IMG/VR virus record: IMGVR_UViG_3300030202_003282
Location: 52,754-116,753 of that record
DNA: 64,000 bases
Source: a virus
Direction: 5' to 3' (one strand)
Under the pieces are notes generated by a model that saw nothing but the letters and a program-made list of their open reading frames with translations, had not been told where the DNA came from and searched no databases. How positions within the stretch are numbered: position 1 is the first letter of the stretch; the number at the start of each line of letters is the position of its first letter. Below are positions 58,278 to 64,000 of this stretch, piece after piece. Position numbers and translations under genes: made by a program.

Positions 58278-61064
58278 ATGAAGGTATTAAATGCAATGCA
58301 ATTAAAAGCTGGAGCAAAAGCTGAAGATGGGCCAACTACAGCTAGCTTAACTCAACCTATTCAATTCTTATCAAAGAAAAAAAAGGATGATGATTGGGCA
58401 GCCTGGAATTTAGATTGGTTAGAATTACAAGGTTTAGAGTTCTTAAGAGAAAATGCTAGAGGTTTATTAAAAAACTATAAACTTGCAAAAGGTATTATTA
58501 CTAAAAGTGATTATATAGTTGAAGAAGCCAATGAGATGGGTGATTTAATGGATATTTTAACTAAAGAAGATGAAACAGCTCTTGAATTAAAATTTTATCC
58601 AATAATTCCAAATGTAATTAATGTATTGGTAGGAGAATTTTGTAAAAGATTTAATAAAGTGCAGTTTAGAGCAGTTGATGATTTATCATACAATGAAATG
58701 CTTGAACAAAAAAGAATACTAGTTGAAGAAAATTTATTAGCTGATGCAGAACAAAAGCTTTTAGCACAAATGATAGAGCAAGGTTTAGACCCATCATCAG
58801 AAGAAGCTCAAGCACAACTTAATCCAGATGCTTTAAAATCATTACCAGAAATAGAAGATTTCTTTTCTAAAGACTATAGAAGTTTAGTTGAGGAATGGGC
58901 CTCTCATCAATTAAATGTAGATGAGGAAAGATTTAAAATGAAAGAATTAGAAGAAAGAGCTTTTCGTGATATGTTAATTGCAGACCGTGAGTTTTGGCAT
59001 TTCCGTATGTTAGAAGATGATTATGATGTAGAATTATGGAATCCTGTTTTAACTTTTTATCAAAAATCACCAGATGTAAGATATATATCTAATTCTAATT
59101 TTGCCGGTAAAATAGATTTAATGACTGTAGCTGATGTAATAGATAGATACGGTTATCTTATGAATGAAAAACAATTGCATTCATTACAAAATATTTATCC
59201 TGCAAAATCTGCAATGTATCAAGTTAATGGAATGCAAAATGATGGTTCATATTATGATCCTACTAAATCTCATGAATGGAATACAAATAGTCCAAGTTTA
59301 AATTATAGACAATTTGTAAGCAACTATGGTCCTGGAGGTGCAGGAAATGATGGAGATATTGTAAGTTGGATTTTAAATGAAGGTGATGATTTAATGCATT
59401 GGGGTGAAGGAGAGTTAATGCGTGTAACAACAGTTTATTGGAAAACTCAACGTAAAGTAGGTCATTTAACACATATTAAACCAGATGGAGAAATAATACA
59501 AGATGTTATTGATGAATCTTATAAAGTAACTGAAAAACCGGTTTATGACACAACATTATTTAAAAATAAAAATAAAGATAATTTATTAGAAGGTGAGCAC
59601 ATAGAGTGGATATGGATTAATGAAGTATGGGGTGGTGTAAAACTAGGACCAAATCTTCCAGCATTTTGGAAATCAAATATGTCTGACAATATTAATCCTA
59701 TTTATTTAGGTATTAATAGATCCAAACCTGGAAGAATACCATTCCAATTTAAAGGAGATACTACACTTTATGGATGTAAACTTCCAGTAGAAGGAAGAGT
59801 ATTTTCTGATAGAAATACAAAATCAACATCTTTAGTTGATTTAATGAAAGCTTATCAAATAGGCTTTAATATGGTTAATAATCAAATTGCAGATATTCTT
59901 GTAGATGAATTAGGAACTGTAATTATGTTTGATCAAAACGCATTACCAAGACATTCAATGGGTGAAGATTGGGGTAAAGCAAATTATGCAAAAGCTTATA
60001 CAGCAATGAAAGATTTTAGCATGCTTCCTTTAGATACATCTATTACTAATACAGAAAATGCAACAAATTTTAATCATTATCAAACACTTAATCTAGAACA
60101 AACAAATAGATTAATGTCTAGAATTCAATTAGCTAATTACTTTAAACAGCAAGCATTTGATGCTATTGGAGTTAATCCTCAAAGAATGGGGCAACCAATA
60201 GCACAAGAAACAGCAACAGGAGTAATTAATGCAATGAATCAATCATATGCACAAACAGAATCATATTTTGTACAGCATTCAGACCACTTAATGCCAAGAG
60301 TTCATCAAATGAGAACAGATCTTGCACAATTTTATTATAGTACAAATCCAAGTGTTAGATTAAGTTATATAAATTCAGAAGCAGAAAAAGTTAATTTCCA
60401 AATAAACGGCACTGATTTATTGCTTAGGGATTTTAATATTTTTTGTACAACACGTACTAATCATAGAGCTATTCTAGATGAATTAAAACAATTAGCTCTT
60501 ACTAATAATACAAGTGGAGCAAGTATTTATGAACTAGGTAATATTGTAAAAGCAGATTCTATAGCTGAAGTATCTGATATTCTTAAAGATTCAGAAATGA
60601 GAATGCAGAAACAAAGACAAGAAGAAATGCAACAGCAAGAAAAAATGCAACAAGATCAGATTGCTGCTAAACAGCAAGAAGAAAAAATGAAACTTGAATT
60701 TGAGCAACAAGAAAGTGAAAAAGAAAGACAAAAAGATATAACTGTTGCAGAAATTAGAGCTGCTGGATATGGTGCACAAGTAGATGTAAATCAAAATCAA
60801 GTAAGTGATTTTCAAGATGCAATGAAAGATATTAGAGAAACATCTCAGTATAGAGAGCAAATGAATTTTAAAAGAGAAGAAAATGTTATGAAAAACTCTT
60901 TGGCAAAACAAAAGCTAGATGTAGAAAGAGATAGAACAAATGCTCAAAGAGAAATAGCTGATAAAAATTTAGAAATAGCTAGAGAAAACAAAAATAAATA
61001 TGATATTGCTGCTGAAAAAGCTGAAAAAGCTAAATCCAAAAAAGATAAAAAAGATAAAAAATAG
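58278..61064 (+). CDS. Portal protein (crAss-like)
   Basis: 928 aa after TerL; 'YPIIPNVINVLVGE', 'GVNPQRMG'; coiled-coil C-terminus. Confidence 0.88.
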   Translation: MKVLNAMQLKAGAKAEDGPTTASLTQPIQFLSKKKKDDDWAAWNLDWLELQGLEFLRENARGLLKNYKLAKGIITKSDYIVEEANEMGDLMDILTKEDETALELKFYPIIPNVINVLVGEFCKRFNKVQFRAVDDLSYNEMLEQKRILVEENLLADAEQKLLAQMIEQGLDPSSEEAQAQLNPDALKSLPEIEDFFSKDYRSLVEEWASHQLNVDEERFKMKELEERAFRDMLIADREFWHFRMLEDDYDVELWNPVLTFYQKSPDVRYISNSNFAGKIDLMTVADVIDRYGYLMNEKQLHSLQNIYPAKSAMYQVNGMQNDGSYYDPTKSHEWNTNSPSLNYRQFVSNYGPGGAGNDGDIVSWILNEGDDLMHWGEGELMRVTTVYWKTQRKVGHLTHIKPDGEIIQDVIDESYKVTEKPVYDTTLFKNKNKDNLLEGEHIEWIWINEVWGGVKLGPNLPAFWKSNMSDNINPIYLGINRSKPGRIPFQFKGDTTLYGCKLPVEGRVFSDRNTKSTSLVDLMKAYQIGFNMVNNQIADILVDELGTVIMFDQNALPRHSMGEDWGKANYAKAYTAMKDFSMLPLDTSITNTENATNFNHYQTLNLEQTNRLMSRIQLANYFKQQAFDAIGVNPQRMGQPIAQETATGVINAMNQSYAQTESYFVQHSDHLMPRVHQMRTDLAQFYYSTNPSVRLSYINSEAEKVNFQINGTDLLLRDFNIFCTTRTNHRAILDELKQLALTNNTSGASIYELGNIVKADSIAEVSDILKDSEMRMQKQRQEEMQQQEKMQQDQIAAKQQEEKMKLEFEQQESEKERQKDITVAEIRAAGYGAQVDVNQNQVSDFQDAMKDIRETSQYREQMNFKREENVMKNSLAKQKLDVERDRTNAQREIADKNLEIARENKNKYDIAAEKAEKAKSKKDKKDKK

Positions 61065-61206
61065 ATCTTTATAAATAAAGATTTTTAATGATAGCTATAT
61101 ACTACAAAAAATCACAATAATTTTTAAAATTTTTGAGGTTTATAAAACAAAAGTTTGTTATATTGTATATAGAGATAGTTTATAAATTATTTTAAAACCA
61201 ACAATT

Positions 61207-62532
61207 ATGAGTAATGAAACAAAAACTGTGGAAACAAAAGTAACACAAGAAAATATTAATTTAGATGAAATCTTTGCTACAGAAGTAGGTGCAAATGCAG
61301 ATTCTGTAATATCAACGCCAGAAGATACAGCTAAGAAAAATTTCTTTAAAGTTAAAGAAAAAGTAGATATGGATTCTTTTACTGAACCAATTACTGAGTC
61401 AACCACTGAACCAGTTGCTGATACTACAACAGAAACAACTGAAGAAACAACAGAAACAATCACTAAACCAGTTGCTGAAACAAGTGAGGCAGAAAAAGCT
61501 GGTGATTCTCTTATTAATGAATTAGATGCAGAAACTTTTCAAACAGAAGACGCAGAACCTGCAATAGAAAAAAAAGAAACTAGAGGTAGAAAAGCTATAA
61601 CAGGAATGGCTGATGTATTTACTAAACTTATTAAAGATGATAAAATAGTACCATTTGATGATGATAAATCATTAGAAGACTATAGTGCAAAAGATTGGGA
61701 AGAATTAATTCAAGCTAATCTAGATGAAAAAGCCAATCAAGTTAGACGTGAAACCCCTCAGCAATTTTTTAATTCATTACCGCAAGAACTTCAAATAGCT
61801 GCACGTTATGTTGCAGATGGTGGAACAGATTTAAAAGGATTATTTGGAACATTAGCTCAAGTAGAAGAGCATAGATCTTTAGATACTAAAAAAGAAAAAG
61901 ATCAAGAATACATTATTAGAGAGTATTTAGGTGCTACCGGTTATGGTTCATCTGAAGAAATACAAGAAGAAATTGAGATATGGAAAGATCTTGGTAAGCT
62001 TGAACAACAAGCTTCTAAGTTTAAGCCCAAGCTTGATAAGATGCAAGAAGCAGTTGTTGCTAAAAAAATTCAAGAACAGGATTTAAAAAAGAAACAACAA
62101 GAACAAGCATCAAAACAATACATGTCAAATGTATATAATACACTTAAAGAAGGAACATTAGGGGATATGAAAGTAGATAAAAAAACTCAATCATTATTAT
62201 ATAATGGTTTGGTTGCACCTAATTATCCATCTGTAAGTGGAAAGAACACAAACTTATTAGGGCATTTGCTTGAAAAGTATCAATTTGTTGAGCCTAACTA
62301 TACATTAGTAACTGAAGCATTATGGTTACTTGCTGATCCTACAGGATATAAAAGTAAGATAATGGAAAAAGGTGCTCAAAAATCTGTTGAAAAAACAGTA
62401 AGAAAATTGAAAACTGAACAAGCAGGTAGTGGTGGAAATTCTTTAGGAACTGATAGAAGAGAAAAAGCAGTAGCTAAAAAATCTACTAAAAGAACTATAC
62501 CAAGATCTAATAATATTTTTAAAAGGATTTAA
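61207..62532 (+). CDS. Acidic structural/scaffold-like protein between portal and MCP
   Basis: E/T-rich N-terminus; position matches the conserved crAss-like gene order. Confidence 0.7.
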   Translation: MSNETKTVETKVTQENINLDEIFATEVGANADSVISTPEDTAKKNFFKVKEKVDMDSFTEPITESTTEPVADTTTETTEETTETITKPVAETSEAEKAGDSLINELDAETFQTEDAEPAIEKKETRGRKAITGMADVFTKLIKDDKIVPFDDDKSLEDYSAKDWEELIQANLDEKANQVRRETPQQFFNSLPQELQIAARYVADGGTDLKGLFGTLAQVEEHRSLDTKKEKDQEYIIREYLGATGYGSSEEIQEEIEIWKDLGKLEQQASKFKPKLDKMQEAVVAKKIQEQDLKKKQQEQASKQYMSNVYNTLKEGTLGDMKVDKKTQSLLYNGLVAPNYPSVSGKNTNLLGHLLEKYQFVEPNYTLVTEALWLLADPTGYKSKIMEKGAQKSVEKTVRKLKTEQAGSGGNSLGTDRREKAVAKKSTKRTIPRSNNIFKRI

Positions 62533-62591
62533 TCAATCAATATATATAGTAACAATTAATAATTAATAACAAAAACAAAAAACAATCAATT

Positions 62592-64000
62592 ATGGCAACT
62601 CCAATGTTAAACAACGGAATTTTCCTAAGAGATACTCAGTATAATGCTAGTTCTCATGTTGATTCTTATCACCTAACTGCAATGTTAGGATCTTCAGAAC
62701 CTATGGATATGGGTCCTGTTGATTTGTGGGCTATGACACAAAAGGTAGAAATGCCTTTGTATCAAATGGCTTCTTTTGGTGGAAAGAATACAATCATGGT
62801 GGATAATGCAAGAGGTGAGTACAAATGGCAAACTCCAATCGCGCAAGATTTACCTTACATCACTGTAGATGTAGATCAAGGTAATTCAAAAAAAGGTATA
62901 GATGGAACTACCTTTAAAATTAAACTAAACAAAAGAACGTTTGGTCATGGTGACATTATCACTTATGATAAGTATAATGGTGCTGAACTTTATATTACTG
63001 CTGATGATATTTTACCAGCTGGTGACGGGTTCATTTACACTGTTCAACTTGTAAATAATGATAATACAGCATTTCTTGATGATGCTTATTTAGCTGCAGG
63101 AACTAAGTACTTTAGAAAAGGTTCTGCAAGAGGTGAGTATGGTGAAAGATTTTCTGATATTGAAACAGGATCTGGTTTCCGTGAATTCTACAACTTTGTA
63201 GGTGGAGCTGAAGCACATGTACATTATTCAATTTCTTCTAGAGCAGATTTAATGCTTAAAGGTGGATTGAATGCTGATGGTACTGTTCCAGTTACAGAAA
63301 TCTGGAGAAATTTTGATCAAGATGCTAATCCATCTGTTTCTTCTATTGAAGAATTAGTTGGTAATATGGGTAAAGCAGGTGCAAGAGATGCATTTGAAAG
63401 TGGTAAACTTTCTAGAACTTTTGTTACTAACCTAGAAGCAGCTCATCTTTCTAAAATTGCTAATGACATTGAGACTTACCTTATGTGGGGTCACGGTGGT
63501 AGAGTTAAGCAAGATGGTCCAGATGATATCAGAATGTCTGTTGGTCTTTGGAAGCAGTTGGATAACTCATTTAAAAGAGTATACAACAAATCTTCTTTTT
63601 CTTTGGATATGTTCAAAACTGAACTTTACAACTTCTACCAAGGTAAAGTTGAATTCAAAGGGCCAGACCCACAAAGAAAACTTGTTGTACAAACAGGTAT
63701 TGGTGGTATGCAAATGATCAATGCAGCTATTGCTAATGAAGTATTTGGTTCTGGATTAGTTCAGAATGCTTCTGATATAGGTGCAGTTACTGGATCAGGA
63801 ATGGATTTAGATTATGGTTTTGCTTATACAAGCTTTACTATTCCTTTCCTTGCTAATGTTAAGTTTGTACTTAACCCAGCATTTGATAACTTACACACTA
63901 ATGATATTGAGAATCCTCTAATTGATGGAAGACCGTTAAGCTCTTATAGCTTTATCATTTTTGATGTTACAGATGAAGGAAATGACAACATTTTCTTATT
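62592..64000 (+). CDS. Major capsid protein (3'-truncated by the window; missing from ORF track)
   Basis: ATG at 62592, frame open to the window end: MATPMLNNGIFLRDTQYNASSHVDSYHL...; TerL-portal-X-MCP order. Confidence 0.88.
   Translation, partial: MATPMLNNGIFLRDTQYNASSHVDSYHLTAMLGSSEPMDMGPVDLWAMTQKVEMPLYQMASFGGKNTIMVDNARGEYKWQTPIAQDLPYITVDVDQGNSKKGIDGTTFKIKLNKRTFGHGDIITYDKYNGAELYITADDILPAGDGFIYTVQLVNNDNTAFLDDAYLAAGTKYFRKGSARGEYGERFSDIETGSGFREFYNFVGGAEAHVHYSISSRADLMLKGGLNADGTVPVTEIWRNFDQDANPSVSSIEELVGNMGKAGARDAFESGKLSRTFVTNLEAAHLSKIANDIETYLMWGHGGRVKQDGPDDIRMSVGLWKQLDNSFKRVYNKSSFSLDMFKTELYNFYQGKVEFKGPDPQRKLVVQTGIGGMQMINAAIANEVFGSGLVQNASDIGAVTGSGMDLDYGFAYTSFTIPFLANVKFVLNPAFDNLHTNDIENPLIDGRPLSSYSFIIFDVTDEGNDNIFL

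Noticed and set aside
63457-63717. 86-aa ORF in the track
   Set aside because: Out-of-frame overlap within the major capsid gene starting at 62592.
1-64000. Stop-codon reassignment (known in some Crassvirales)
   Set aside because: Long genes are intact under the standard code, and TAG and TGA end normal-length genes such as portal and DnaB; no suppressor tRNA was seen.
1-64000. CRISPR array, DGR or retron, introns/inteins in TerL, PolB or RNR
   Set aside because: No spaced direct repeats, no reverse transcriptase, and the core genes are uninterrupted and of normal length.

Overview
An AT-rich 64-kb segment of a crAss-like (Crassvirales-type) bacteriophage, probably infecting a Bacteroidota/Flavobacteria host (TAnnTTTG promoter elements, lipobox proteins). 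It appears to use the standard genetic code. Left to right: (1) ends of giant virion/ejected proteins (+, 1-8768); (2) a class II B12-dependent ribonucleotide reductase; (3) a + strand membrane/lysis/collagen-fibre block; (4) a long minus-strand replication and early block with PolB, PD-(D/E)XK nuclease, a MoxR AAA+/vWA-metallopeptidase module, resolvase, primase, SSB, AAA_24 ATPase, DnaB, HAD phosphatase, an SPL-like radical SAM enzyme and an SF2 helicase; (5) a ~2.1-kb gene-poor zone (45.5-47.65 kb) packed with predicted structured RNAs, including a tRNA-like element; (6) a G-rich strand switch at ~48.4 kb; (7) the + strand late module with endolysin, IHF-like protein, methyl- and glycosyltransferases, GroES, TerL, portal, scaffold-like protein and a major capsid protein cut by the window end. 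The best candidates for undescribed biology are the ornate ncRNA cluster with its tRNA mimic and ArfA-like peptide, and the MoxR-vWA operon whose four flanking proteins share a helical motif. All calls are by eye from motifs and base pairing; no searches or folding programs were run.
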